Notes: generated by a model not told the origin, from the sequence alone. Positions 49,216 to 60,107 are shown, counted from the stretch's first letter. The stretch: DNA of 64,000 nucleotides from Planctomycetota bacterium (GCA_044222185.1 JBGANV010000002.1:320001-384000), one strand, 5' to 3'. A program made the numbers and translations.

Positions 49216-52200
49216 GGCGCGCGCTCCTGTTTCTCGCCGTCGCATTCCCGGCGGTGATCGTCATCGCCATGCTCCAGAGCCAGCGGCACGGAGTGGGCCG
49301 CAACTCGCCGCTGGCCACCGCGAAACCCGAGTCGCGCGCAACGCCAGTCGGGCGTGACGTCCCGCAGGCCTTCGACGTATGGGCCGGCCACATGTGGGAC
49401 CTGTTCGCGGAGAACCCCCGCGACATCACGCTCGGCGACCAGGTCGTCCGTTACCAACGGCACCTCGTCGCCGCGAAGACGACGGAACCGCGCGACAACG
49501 AGGCCATCCGTGCCACGGGGATCACGATCCTCTTCAATCCGACCCCGAAGAACGAGCACGATCTCTCGCGACTCGTCTCCATCCCAATCCCGATCGGGGG
49601 CCCGGAAGCGGGAGCCAAGGTGCGCGCGTCGTTCGGCCGCGTGCCAGGCGTCGTGGCCGACGAGGCGATCGTCCGCGGATCGCACGACCTCACCGTGCTG
49701 TCCCGGCTCGAGCTCAAGGGTCACGTGCGGTTCGTGTTCGTCGACCCGGAGGTCCCGTCGGAGCTGACCGAGATCCTGGCGGAACGACTGACGCTGATCT
49801 TCGAGAACGGAGAGCCGATCACGGTCACGAGCGATGCCGCCGTGGCGATCACGCGTCCCGTGGCGAAGGACGCGGACATCCGGGGAACCGGCTTCGACAT
49901 GTCCCTGAAGGACGGGCGAGCGACGATCCAGCGCGCCGTCCGGATCCTCCTCGTGCCTCCGGAACGGGTGAATTCCGGGCAGCTTCCCGTGGAGCTCGTG
50001 TCAGATGGTCCGGCCGAGTTCATCTCCGAGCGAAACTCGAAGGGCAGCGCCAACCGCCAGGGCTTCGACTTCAACAACGGCCGCGTGGAGCTCTCGAACG
50101 GAGTCAAGGTCACGCAGGGTGACGCCACGGCTTCCTCGCGCAACGCGCTGATCACGCTCGGCCGGAAGAACGGCGCCTCCACCACCTCCGCCGAGCTCAC
50201 GAACGACGTGCTCCTGTCGATCCCGCGCACCACGTGCCGCGGGAGTCGCCTCGTCTTCCAGCCCCATCTCACGGATGGTGACCCGATCTGGATCGAAGGG
50301 GCGCCCGCGGTCGCGACGTTCGTCGATGGGGCGCGGCTGCTCCCCGGCAACACGGCGGCATCGGGCGATCTGCGCGTCCTGACGAAGGGCCGGATCGCCG
50401 TGCGCCCGCTTCCCGTCGACGGCGTGGGGACGAACGTGCACCTGGTGACGATCCCTTCCGACGCCACCGTCGAGGGCGGAGATGTCCACCTCGCGAGCAA
50501 GGACATGAAGGTCTGGATCGCGGACCTGCCGGACCCGTCAGCCGGGACACCCAACGGTCGCCGGCGCCAGCCTTACCGCGGAGAGCTGCACGGCGCCGAG
50601 TTGACCTCGGCCTCCATGGACGTGAACGCGCGCGAGCTGATCCTGCGGCGCGAGTTCGACGGACTGGGCGTTCCACGCAAGGACGTCGTCAACATCGGCG
50701 GACCGTACACCGTCAGGCTGCGCAACCTGCCGGAACTCATGGGAGCACTCGGCGCGGCGCCTGCGTCGCGAACGACCGTGGCCGAATCGCGTGCCGACTC
50801 CCGCGGCGAGTCGCGCCCCGACGACCGTGCGATCCGGATCCCGGCGTTCCTCGCCGGCGCCGATGAGCTCCTGATCTCCGGTCCGGGGACGCTCGAACTG
50901 GTTCGACCCCCGCTTCAGGACGCTCCCCTCTTCGCCACGGCGAAGAACGGAGTGGAAGTCCGCGCCGTCGAGAAGGACGCCACGCAGCCGAAAGCACGCT
51001 TCAAGTCGCAGTCGGCCGAACTGGTCCTGAAGCCGGATTCGGATCTTGGCCGCGATTTCCGCGTCGTGCACCGCCTCGCCCTGGCGACGGCCGAGAAGTC
51101 CGTGCTGGTCGAAGTCCCCGGCCTCATCACGGCTCACGCAGGCGCCATGCGATTCGACGGCGAGCGGCAGGAACTCGTCCTCATGGCCGCAGGCGACGCC
51201 GCGAAGCCGCACTTGCAGTTCACGGGAGCCCAGCGACCTGCCGAGTCCATCGCCGCCGGGCACATCCTCTATTCGGCGGTGACCTACCGCGTGACGGCGA
51301 CGTCGGGCGTGATCGCCGAGGTCCAGATGCCGCAGATCCCCTGGGTCGCTGGCGCCACGGTCGTCGGTCCGGTCCTGTCGACGATCAGCGCGAGCGAGGC
51401 GACCGTCGACCTCGATCGCAAGGCGGCCGAATCGGGTCGATGGGTGCCCGCGGAATGCGACGCCAAGGGCGCGGTGTCGCTCGTGCAGCCGAATCGGACG
51501 GTCGCGGCGTCGACGTTCCACTACGATCTGCAGCGCTTGAACGGGAATCTCACCGGCGAGCACGTGAAGATCACGGCGCGCCCCATGATCGACGGCTTGC
51601 GGTACGACGACTTCCTCGAGTGTCGGGGCGCGACGCTCCTGGCGGAGCAGATCGTCGTCGACGGACCCGTCCACGCCCTGTTGCACGTGAGCCCCGACCA
51701 CTTCGCGCTCGCGATCCCCATCAACGGGCCTGCGACCAATTCCGCCGGCAAGACCGCCGGACCGCGGAATACGACGATCGACTGCCGCGGCAAGCTGAAC
51801 CTCTCGAAGGATGCGCTCATCGCCACCGAGCGCGTCGTCGTCGAGCAGGGGAACCCGGATGCGGATGGCGTCAAGGTGGAGGCGGACCAGGCCACACTCC
51901 TCCTCGTACCCGTCGAGGGCGGCAAGGGCGCCGTGGACGTGGCCGTCGCCGAGTTGCGCCGATCGGTTGCGTACCGGTCGCGGGATCTGCAGACAAACTG
52001 CGACGTGATGGTCGTGAACCGTGCCATGCGGAAGGCCACCATGTACAACGAGCGCCCGGAGCGGGTCACCGTGTGGCTGCGACGGGAGCTGTTCCCGGGT
52101 CTCGTCCGGAACAACGTGTCCGCGATCACTGTGAACTATGCGACGCCGGGCAAGCCCGTCGTCGAGATCGACCGTCCGGACATCAACATGATCCCGGGCT

Positions 52201-52220
52201 CCGGAGGACTGAACCGGTGA
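49212..52220 (+). CDS. Very large membrane-anchored LptC/LptA (OstA-like) beta-jellyroll protein, putative
   Basis: Lies between kdsC and lptD with GTGA overlaps on both sides; N-terminal TM; LptC-like IRGTGFDMSLKDGRATIQRAV; recurring OstA-like strands (ELSNGVKVTQGD, AKGAVSLVQ...FHYD). Confidence 0.6.
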   Translation: MRRALLFLAVAFPAVIVIAMLQSQRHGVGRNSPLATAKPESRATPVGRDVPQAFDVWAGHMWDLFAENPRDITLGDQVVRYQRHLVAAKTTEPRDNEAIRATGITILFNPTPKNEHDLSRLVSIPIPIGGPEAGAKVRASFGRVPGVVADEAIVRGSHDLTVLSRLELKGHVRFVFVDPEVPSELTEILAERLTLIFENGEPITVTSDAAVAITRPVAKDADIRGTGFDMSLKDGRATIQRAVRILLVPPERVNSGQLPVELVSDGPAEFISERNSKGSANRQGFDFNNGRVELSNGVKVTQGDATASSRNALITLGRKNGASTTSAELTNDVLLSIPRTTCRGSRLVFQPHLTDGDPIWIEGAPAVATFVDGARLLPGNTAASGDLRVLTKGRIAVRPLPVDGVGTNVHLVTIPSDATVEGGDVHLASKDMKVWIADLPDPSAGTPNGRRRQPYRGELHGAELTSASMDVNARELILRREFDGLGVPRKDVVNIGGPYTVRLRNLPELMGALGAAPASRTTVAESRADSRGESRPDDRAIRIPAFLAGADELLISGPGTLELVRPPLQDAPLFATAKNGVEVRAVEKDATQPKARFKSQSAELVLKPDSDLGRDFRVVHRLALATAEKSVLVEVPGLITAHAGAMRFDGERQELVLMAAGDAAKPHLQFTGAQRPAESIAAGHILYSAVTYRVTATSGVIAEVQMPQIPWVAGATVVGPVLSTISASEATVDLDRKAAESGRWVPAECDAKGAVSLVQPNRTVAASTFHYDLQRLNGNLTGEHVKITARPMIDGLRYDDFLECRGATLLAEQIVVDGPVHALLHVSPDHFALAIPINGPATNSAGKTAGPRNTTIDCRGKLNLSKDALIATERVVVEQGNPDADGVKVEADQATLLLVPVEGGKGAVDVAVAELRRSVAYRSRDLQTNCDVMVVNRAMRKATMYNERPERVTVWLRRELFPGLVRNNVSAITVNYATPGKPVVEIDRPDINMIPGSGGLNR

Positions 52221-54595
52221 CCGAACGCATCGCCAGGAGCCTCGCCACATTCGCCATCGGGTTCGCACTCGGAGTCGTGGGCGCGTCGACCTCTCCGGCG
52301 CAGGACTCCCAGGCGGCGCCGGACACCAGGCCCGCCACCAGCCGGCAAGCGACGGTTCGCACCTTCGAGTCCGGCGCGTGCGAATTCATGGTGTACGAGC
52401 CTGCCGATCGCACCATCTACCTGATCACCAACGTCCGCGCGAAGGTCGGCGACATGGAGATCTTCGCGCAGAACGTGATCTTGTGGCTCGCGGAGGGCGC
52501 CGACTTCCGCAAGGGGGCGGCAACGGGGGCCGAGTCTCGCCCCAAATCAGACTTCGACGTCGTCCCCGAGGACCTGAAGAAGTTCGTCACGGAGATCTAC
52601 GCCGAAGGAACAGTCATCGTCCGCCAGGGTGAGGAGCTGCACCGCTGCGAGAGCGCGTTCTTCGATCTCGTGCACGACCGCGGCATCGTCGTCGACTCGA
52701 CGACCACGTTCCCGCTCAAGACCACGGCGAGAGACACCAAGCTCGTCGTCCACGCGGACGAGCTGCGCTTCCTCTCTCAAAGCCGCCTGGACGCCATCGG
52801 CGTGCAGGTCACGACCTGCCGCTTCGCCCATCCCCACTACCACGTGGCCTCGGAACACATGGAGATCTTCCGCCAGCACGCCATGGCGGCGGACCCGACG
52901 ACGGGCACCGAGAGCCGCCCCGCGGGAATCCACTACGACACCGAGGGCAACACGCTCGTCCTCGGTTCAGGCATGCCGGCCATCTGGATGCCCGATTTCG
53001 CCGGCGACACGGGGACACCCGCGGGCTCGACGTTCCGCTACGTGAAGGACGTGCGTTTTCGGAGCTCCAATCGCTTCGGTCGCCAGTTCGGCGTGACGCT
53101 CGGCGACGACCTCGAGACGGAAACCGGGGAGAAGTGGGGATCCGTGGCCGTCGATCTGGAGTATCGCAGCAAGCGTGGCCCCGGTGCGGGCATCGACTTC
53201 GCCTATCACCAGCCCGATTTCAGGGGCCGAACGCGAGCCTACTATCAGCGCGACATCGGCGAGGACAAACTCTATGGTGAGCCGCCGACCAACAATCGCG
53301 GTTGGTTGAGCTTCCAGCATCGCCACTATCTGCCGCTGGAACTCCAACTCGACCTCGAGGCGAACGTCTTCAGCGATCGCGGTTATTACCCGGAGTACTT
53401 CAAGGAAGAGTATCGCGGAGACAAGCCGCCGGAGACCTATGCGTATTTGAAGCGCTCGTTCCAGAACAGCGCCGTCACTGCGTTGTTCTCGACGCGCCTC
53501 AACCACTTCGAAACGGTCACGGAGTATCGACCCAAGGTCGATTATTGGCTCGTCACGGAGCCCGTCGCCGACCTGTTCGACACGCCCGTGTACTTCTCCA
53601 CGCGCGCCGAGGTCTCGCAGGTGCGCCGGCTGACCGACAAGGATCTGGGCGTGGCCGCCCGATCCACCTGGCGTGCCGACATCGACAACGTCGTCGAGTA
53701 CCCGTTCTTTGCGGGGCCGGTGAAGGTCACGCCTTTCGGGGGTCTCCGCGAGACGTACTACTCCAACGACCTCGCGCGCAACAACGACGAGTTCCGAACG
53801 GGATTCACCTATGGCGGCGAGGCCACGCTCATCGCCTGGAAGACGTTCGATGCGAGCGGGGGCATCTTCGGCCTCGACGGACTTCGCCACGTCGTCGAGC
53901 CCGTGATCCGTTATCAGCGCACCACGGGCGTGGATCTCAAGCCGGACGAGCTGGTCTTCTATGACGAAACGGACACGTTCGACAACGACGAGCGCCTGAC
54001 GTTCGAAGTCCGGAACCTGTTCCAGACGATCCGCCACCGACCCACGGGTCCGGCGGTCGACGAGATCTTCGACATCGACGTATCGATGGACTTCTTCCCT
54101 GACGCGGACCGTGACAATGCCGGCGACAATTGGGGGAACATCGTCGTCGATACGGTCACCCGGTTCTCCGACGAGCTGCAGATCATCACCGACTTCGAGG
54201 TGGATCCGAACACCGCGCAACTGGACGAGTTCAACATCGCCGCGGGCTACGCCCCGAACGAGACCTTCCAGACGTACGCCGGCTTCCGCCACTTCGAGGA
54301 TGATTGGGATGTGGTCTTCGGCCAGCTCAACTGGCAGATGACGGACAAGTGGCTGGCGCGGATCTACACGTCGTACGACGTTTCCCGCGGCAACGGGATC
54401 CAGAACGAGCTGGTGCTGGCCCGCATGGGCCACGACTGGGTCTTCGAGCTGATCCTTCGCGCCGATTACGGCGACAACGACTACTCGGTGAATTTCGGCA
54501 TCAACCCCCGGATCTTCTACGACCCGATCCTGGGCCCGCACTCGGTGCGACGAGAGCCGGAATTCCAATACCTGGGCACCCAGATCCACAAGTGA
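52217..54595 (+). CDS. lptD: LPS assembly protein LptD
   Basis: Signal peptide SPA-Q; EIYAEGTV, VTTCRFAHPHY, YRSKRGPGAG, SDRGY, LRHVVEP; beta-barrel-like C-terminal region. Confidence 0.85.
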   Translation: MTERIARSLATFAIGFALGVVGASTSPAQDSQAAPDTRPATSRQATVRTFESGACEFMVYEPADRTIYLITNVRAKVGDMEIFAQNVILWLAEGADFRKGAATGAESRPKSDFDVVPEDLKKFVTEIYAEGTVIVRQGEELHRCESAFFDLVHDRGIVVDSTTTFPLKTTARDTKLVVHADELRFLSQSRLDAIGVQVTTCRFAHPHYHVASEHMEIFRQHAMAADPTTGTESRPAGIHYDTEGNTLVLGSGMPAIWMPDFAGDTGTPAGSTFRYVKDVRFRSSNRFGRQFGVTLGDDLETETGEKWGSVAVDLEYRSKRGPGAGIDFAYHQPDFRGRTRAYYQRDIGEDKLYGEPPTNNRGWLSFQHRHYLPLELQLDLEANVFSDRGYYPEYFKEEYRGDKPPETYAYLKRSFQNSAVTALFSTRLNHFETVTEYRPKVDYWLVTEPVADLFDTPVYFSTRAEVSQVRRLTDKDLGVAARSTWRADIDNVVEYPFFAGPVKVTPFGGLRETYYSNDLARNNDEFRTGFTYGGEATLIAWKTFDASGGIFGLDGLRHVVEPVIRYQRTTGVDLKPDELVFYDETDTFDNDERLTFEVRNLFQTIRHRPTGPAVDEIFDIDVSMDFFPDADRDNAGDNWGNIVVDTVTRFSDELQIITDFEVDPNTAQLDEFNIAAGYAPNETFQTYAGFRHFEDDWDVVFGQLNWQMTDKWLARIYTSYDVSRGNGIQNELVLARMGHDWVFELILRADYGDNDYSVNFGINPRIFYDPILGPHSVRREPEFQYLGTQIHK

Positions 54596-54773
54596 TGCAC
54601 GGGCTCCGTGCGCGCGTCGCGTGATTGAATCCCAATCCCGACCGCTCATCCCGGGGATTTCCCGTGCGATGGCGCGTGTTCCGATCACGGGAACGCCGAA
54701 TACCATGCGGACCGAAAGTCGTCGCCCGGGTCCCGCTCGACGTGCCGTGGACCGGCGACGGATTGCTCATCCC

Positions 54774-56084
54774 ATGCGCCAAACCCTCCTGTGCTCGTTC
54801 ATCCTCGCCGTCTGGCCGTTGGTCGCCATCGCGCAAGTTCCAATCGTCACCGAGGAACCCGTCTGGGAACTCGCCGTCGGGTTCCACGAGCACATCTTCG
54901 GCTCGTTCATCGTGGGAACGGCGACCGTGAGGGTCGACGACTGCGAGGACGACGAGGATTGGCTGGGCGATTCGAACGGCCAGATCGGAATCGCGATCGC
55001 CGCCCCCGCCGATCACACGCCGATCAAGCTGCGGATCGAATGCGGCGAGGTGATGGAGCCGGCCGAATGGGAAGGCGAGCTGCCGAAGGGCGGCCAGGTG
55101 TACAGCGTGCGGCCGAAGGTCGCCTACAAGTTCGAGGCCTTGCTCAAGAACCGACAGCAAATCCCCGTGAACGTGAAGGCAACGCTTCAGATCGGCAAGA
55201 AGCAGTGGAAGAAGCTGAAGGTCGCGACGCTCCGTTCGATCAACGATTGCCCCATGGCGGTCACTGGTCGGGTGGGCGAACCGCTCCAGGAGGCTGCGGT
55301 TCTGCGGTGGATGTACGCCGCGTACGTGAACGAAGATCACCCCTGGATCGATCAGCTCCTGAAGGACGCGCTCGGCACGGGGATCGTCAAGAACTTCATC
55401 GGCTACCAAGGCAAGGGCGACGACGCCGTCTTCGATCAGGTCTTCGCGATCTGGAAGGTGCTCCAGCAGCGCAACGTCACGTACAGCAGCATCTCGGTCG
55501 TGAGCGCCGTCGACGAGCGCGTACCCAGCCAGCACGTCCGCTTTCTCGACGAATCGATCACGTACGAACAGGCGAACTGCATCGACGGGACGGTGGTGTT
55601 CGCATCGGCACTTCGCAAGATCGGCCTCGACCCGTTTCTCGTCGTGGTCCCAGGACACGCCTACCTCGCATTCAACCTCGACAAGCAAGGGACGCACATG
55701 TCTGGGTTGGAAACCACGCTCCTCGGTGAGGTCTCGAAGAGCCGGTGGGATGCGGCGACGCCGCTCGACAAGCTGGTGATCGGCTGGAAACCGTTCGACG
55801 AGGCGTCGAAGGCGTCGTTCGTGAAGGCGCTCCAGGTCGGGACGAAGAACCTGGAGCAACATGCAGCCAAACTGAAGGATGCGAAGGAGCCCCTCTACGA
55901 AATGGTGGACGTGGGCGGCGCGCGCGTCGCGGGGGTGAAACCGCTCCCCTACCTCGGGACGGAGAAGCTCGATGGCGTGAAGCCGAAGCCGGCTCGGAAC
56001 GACGCCAAGCTGCGAGAACTACTGCTTCCCGAGGGGCTTGAGACCGGTGCGAAGCCGGAATCATCGCCCGCCTCGCGTCCTTGA
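54774..56084 (+). CDS. Secreted protein with transglutaminase-like (papain-fold) domain
   Basis: Signal peptide AIA-Q; QHVRF...ANCIDGTVVFAS (Cys), PGHAY (His), LETT (Glu). Confidence 0.72.
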   Translation: MRQTLLCSFILAVWPLVAIAQVPIVTEEPVWELAVGFHEHIFGSFIVGTATVRVDDCEDDEDWLGDSNGQIGIAIAAPADHTPIKLRIECGEVMEPAEWEGELPKGGQVYSVRPKVAYKFEALLKNRQQIPVNVKATLQIGKKQWKKLKVATLRSINDCPMAVTGRVGEPLQEAAVLRWMYAAYVNEDHPWIDQLLKDALGTGIVKNFIGYQGKGDDAVFDQVFAIWKVLQQRNVTYSSISVVSAVDERVPSQHVRFLDESITYEQANCIDGTVVFASALRKIGLDPFLVVVPGHAYLAFNLDKQGTHMSGLETTLLGEVSKSRWDAATPLDKLVIGWKPFDEASKASFVKALQVGTKNLEQHAAKLKDAKEPLYEMVDVGGARVAGVKPLPYLGTEKLDGVKPKPARNDAKLRELLLPEGLETGAKPESSPASRP

Positions 56085-56198
56085 CAGTCGCCCATGCCGG
56101 AGTCACGCGCGACGAATCTCGTCGACGTGGCTCCCCGATCATCCTGAGTTGGAGCCCAAGGGGCGCGACGGCCCCGTAGGGTTGCCTCGCGACTCACC

Positions 56199-56204
56199 TA
56201 TAAT
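56199..56204 (+). promoter_or_regulatory. Sigma-70 -10 box positioned for a leaderless tatA transcript
   Basis: Perfect TATAAT 7 nt before ATG 56212; no SD sequence. Confidence 0.55.
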
Positions 56205-56211
56205 CGCGGCG

Positions 56212-56508
56212 ATGCATCTCTCCCTCGCGTTCCTCGGCGGCATGAGCACCCCAGAGCTCGTCGTCGTGATGGTCCTCGGGTTGCTCCTCTTCGGTTCACG
56301 TCTGCCGGAGGTTGGGCGCTCGCTCGGGCGCACCATGGCGGAGTTCAAACGGGGGATGAAGGGATTCGAGCACCAGATGACGCAGGCGGAGCAGGAAGCG
56401 ACGCGCATGCTCGAGGAGAGCGATCGCGCCAAGGCTTCCTCGAGTGCCGCGGAGTCTCACGACCGCGCGGAGCAGGCCGCGACCCCCGACGATCATCCGA
56501 CCGCCTGA
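56212..56508 (+). CDS. tatA: Twin-arginine translocase subunit TatA/TatE
   Basis: ELVVVMVLGLLLFGSRLPEVGRSLGRTMAEFKRG. Confidence 0.93.
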   Translation: MHLSLAFLGGMSTPELVVVMVLGLLLFGSRLPEVGRSLGRTMAEFKRGMKGFEHQMTQAEQEATRMLEESDRAKASSSAAESHDRAEQAATPDDHPTA

Positions 56509-56520
56509 TCCCGCGACCGG

Positions 56521-58029
56521 CTACCAGTCGGCAGCGAGGCAAACGCGGTTGCGGCCGGTCTTCTTCGCCTCGTAGAGGGCCTGGTCGGCACGGGCGACCA
56601 GTTGTTCCGCGAGTTTGTCCGCCGTCGAGGACAAAAGGCAGGCCGCGCCCAGCGACGCCGTGACGCTCTGCGGGCCCTCGTTGGTCTGGACCTGGCAGGA
56701 CTCGATCCCGCGACGGAGACGCTCGCCCAGCCCGCGGAGTGCCGCACCGACGGCTCCCGGGCATACGACCGCGAATTCCTCGCCGCCGTACCTGCACACG
56801 ACGTCCGAGTCACGAACGCACCGTTTGAGCGCGCCCGCGACCATGCGCAGGACGTCGTCTCCGGTCTGATGCCCGAAGCGATCGTTGAAGCGCTTGAAGT
56901 GGTCCACGTCGACCATGATCACGCCCAGCGGCGTCGGGAACTCCTCGCCCTGCCGCTTGCTCCACTCGCTTGCCATGGACGCGTCGAAGGCCGACCGGTT
57001 GTAGACGCCGGTGAGCGCGTCGGTCGAGGCCTTCACTTCGAGCTCCGCGACGCGGGTCTCGGCACGGTTCAGGTCGGATGCGGCCGCAAGCGACAGGTTG
57101 AGCAGTTCCGCGCGCGCGATCTCGACCATCTCTTCCGGGCTGATCTCGCCGCCGATGTCGACTTGGACGACTTCCGCGAGCTGCTCCGCGCCAGGGCCGA
57201 GCGCCATGATGATCGAGTCGACGAAGCCTGCATCGCGGCCGAACCAGCGCGCGGCGGCGTCCTCGAGCTCGCGTAGGTACTCGCCCTTGTTGTCGGCCAT
57301 GAGCACGCCGGCCGACAAATGCGCGAGGTTCAGGACACGCGCGCACTCCAGGGACTTCGCGTCGTGTTTCTCGATGAGCTGGTCGGGTGAATGATGCGAC
57401 CGGATGACGTCGACCATCAACTCAGGCAGCTTCCACTCGTGCATGAGAAGGCCGCCCAGGTCGGCATGGGTCGCTCCGACGGACTGCTGCTCGAGCACGC
57501 TGTCGGGATGTCCCCCGTCCATGGTGATGATCACGGCCGTGTACTGGCTCCCGGCGACACGCGCGAGGATCGGCACGGAGATGTCCAGGAGCAGACCGCA
57601 CGTGAAGGCCTCTTCGACGAAAGGCTTCTGCAGCTCGCGCGCGAATGCGCGAGCGGCGACGGACTGGATCATGGATCGGCGCCAGAAGTCGCGCAGGTCG
57701 TAGCCACTCTCCTCGTCCGAGTCCACGCCGACGATCGAGGTCAACGAGAAGCTCAACGCCGCCAGCATGACGGCTTTGATCCCGAGGACCATCACGGCGT
57801 CGTTGATCGTTCCGACCTGACGCCGTCGCGTATACATGGACGAGTTGCTGAGTTTCAGCACGCGCGCCGAAAGGGCCGGGTCGCGCCCGATCACGGCGGC
57901 GATGTCGAGGATGTCCACGTTGTCCTTGCGACAGAGCTTGAGCACCTCCATGACGACGGAGGGCAGGCTCGGGAGTTTGTCTGCGTACGCGAGGTACGGC
58001 GATCGATTCCTGACGTCTGACAGCAACAT
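56521..58029 (-). CDS. HDOD-GGDEF diguanylate cyclase
   Basis: HDOD LPSLP...DPALSARVLKLSNS...WKLP...HH; TDALTG, DVDHFKRFND, I-site RDSD, GGEEF, ALYEAK. Confidence 0.94.
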   Translation of the reverse strand: MLLSDVRNRSPYLAYADKLPSLPSVVMEVLKLCRKDNVDILDIAAVIGRDPALSARVLKLSNSSMYTRRRQVGTINDAVMVLGIKAVMLAALSFSLTSIVGVDSDEESGYDLRDFWRRSMIQSVAARAFARELQKPFVEEAFTCGLLLDISVPILARVAGSQYTAVIITMDGGHPDSVLEQQSVGATHADLGGLLMHEWKLPELMVDVIRSHHSPDQLIEKHDAKSLECARVLNLAHLSAGVLMADNKGEYLRELEDAAARWFGRDAGFVDSIIMALGPGAEQLAEVVQVDIGGEISPEEMVEIARAELLNLSLAAASDLNRAETRVAELEVKASTDALTGVYNRSAFDASMASEWSKRQGEEFPTPLGVIMVDVDHFKRFNDRFGHQTGDDVLRMVAGALKRCVRDSDVVCRYGGEEFAVVCPGAVGAALRGLGERLRRGIESCQVQTNEGPQSVTASLGAACLLSSTADKLAEQLVARADQALYEAKKTGRNRVCLAADW

Positions 58030-58065
58030 GCGTGGCGAATCCGTGGTCTTTCGTGCGTCTGCGGA

Positions 58066-58578
58066 TCAGGTCCCGAACCCGCGAAGGATCTCCTCTGCGG
58101 TCGACGGCCCACCGTCGGAGACGGTCTGTTCGACCAACGGCACGGAGAGGCTCAACACGCGATCGACGTCCGACATCAGGGACACGAGGAAGAAGACCTT
58201 GTCGCCGAGGACAGGCGAGATCTCGGTGAGCAGATCGAGCGACGGAGGCTCCGTGACGACCACCGTGTCGACGCCGTCGAACGTGTCGAGGATGAAGAAG
58301 CGGTGCTGATGAAGCAGGTGTGAGTCGAGTTTCTGCGTGGCGGTCGACCGGTATTCCTGGGACTTCAAGCGGATGAACGAGACCCCGAGCTCCTTGGTCA
58401 CGGCACGGGCCAACTCCCATTCGGAGACGAATCCCAGTTCGACGAGGGCGCGCCCGAGGCTCAGGCCGGACGACTGCTGCACGTCGGACGCTTCGCGCAG
58501 CCGCTCCGGTGTGATGAGCCCATCGCCGAGCAGGATCGTTCCCGTGTCCTTGTATGACCTGAGGCGGATGTTCTTCAT
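58066..58578 (-). CDS. Stand-alone MshEN / GspE N-terminal-like domain protein
   Basis: TGTILLGDGLITPERLREASDVQ and SLGRALVELGFVSEWELARAV resemble the two RLGxxLxxxGxxxxxxLxxxLxxQ repeats; no ATPase domain. Confidence 0.75.
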   Translation of the reverse strand: MKNIRLRSYKDTGTILLGDGLITPERLREASDVQQSSGLSLGRALVELGFVSEWELARAVTKELGVSFIRLKSQEYRSTATQKLDSHLLHQHRFFILDTFDGVDTVVVTEPPSLDLLTEISPVLGDKVFFLVSLMSDVDRVLSLSVPLVEQTVSDGGPSTAEEILRGFGT

Positions 58579-58692
58579 CGGAAGCGTGATTCGAGCGCGT
58601 CTTGCGGACCCGCTTCCGAAGTCATCGACCTGCGATCGGCGCCCGGTTGAGTCGCGGATCGGGTCGGCACCCAGATCGCCGGAGCCCTCCCG

Positions 58693-60107
58693 TCAGAGGA
58701 TCGGGGCGAACAGCGCTGCAGTCCGCGTGACGATCCGTCGCGAAAGCGGCGCGCGAAGGACGGATTCGTACGTGACTGGCGCCGAGCCGCGCCATTCCGC
58801 CTCGGCCACGCGTCGCAATTCCGCCAGGATCGGACCCTCGTAGGCGACGAGATCGGCCTCGAAATTGAGGAAGAAGCTCCGGTTGTCCATGTTGGTCGAC
58901 CCGAAGATCGCGAGGTCGTCGTCGACGACGAGCATCTTCATGTGGAGCATGGGGCCGCTCTTCCGAGCGACGTGCGCGCCGGCCTTCAGCACCGGTTCGA
59001 AGTAGTGAACCATGGCGAAGTCGACGATCCGGTTGTCCGTCACTTGGGGCACGAGGATGCGGACGCGCACTCCACGCGCGGCCGCCGTCTCCAGCGCGTA
59101 GAGGAGCGGCAGGGGCGGAACGAAGTACGGCGTGAGCATCAGGATGTCGCGCCGAGCCTCGTAGATGGCGGCGACGATCACCTTGTGGAGGCTGCGGGCG
59201 CGCCGGTCGGGCCCGCTGTCGACGACCTGCACGACGTCGTCACCGTCCACCTCGATCGGCGGGAAGAACGCCTCGCGGGCGAGGAATTCGCCAGCCGCGA
59301 ACCGCCAGTCGCTGGCGAAGATCTCCAGGACGTCGCGCACGGCGGGTCCCCGCATCGACACCATGAAATCATGGGACGCGCCCCTGCCGGACGAGACATG
59401 ACGCGCGCTGAGGTTCATGCTTCCGATGAAGCCATCGACCCCATCGACCACCAGCAGCTTGCGGTGGTTGCGCAGGTTGATCTGCCACCTGCGCTTCAGA
59501 GGGTGGAACGGAAGGAAGGCGTGGATCTTGGCGCCGCCGTCGGCGAACGACGAGAGGAAGTCCATGGACGCCGACGAAGCCCCGATGGCGTCGTAGAGAA
59601 CCCGGCACGGAATGCCGGCACGCGAGCGATCGACGACGGCATCCCTGAATCGCCGACCGACTTCGTCCTCATCGAGAATGTACGTCTGAAGCGCGACCGA
59701 GCGCCTGGCGCCACGGATCGCGGCGATCATGCGATCGTACGCCGCCGCACCGCCCACCATGACATCCAGTCGGTTGCCGCGAACGACCTCGTTGTCGGTC
59801 AGGACTCCCAGGTGAGCACGCCTGAGCGTTTCGCGCCAGCTCACGTCGGACGGCGCCGAGCTGCCGTGCGCCGCGCGGAACTCCGCGTGCGCAGCGCGGA
59901 TCTTCCGGCGGCGCCGGCCCAGGATCCGGTCGTCCCCGATCGTGACGTACGCGAATGCGCCCACCCATGGGACGCCGAGGCAGAAGGCAATCCAGATCAA
60001 CGCGCCCGATGCTTCGCGTGTCTTGTGCAGCAACGCATGCAGGGCGCACGCGATGCCGGCGACGTAGCCGGCCGAGACCAGCACGAGCCACGTGATTTCC
60101 TTCGTGC

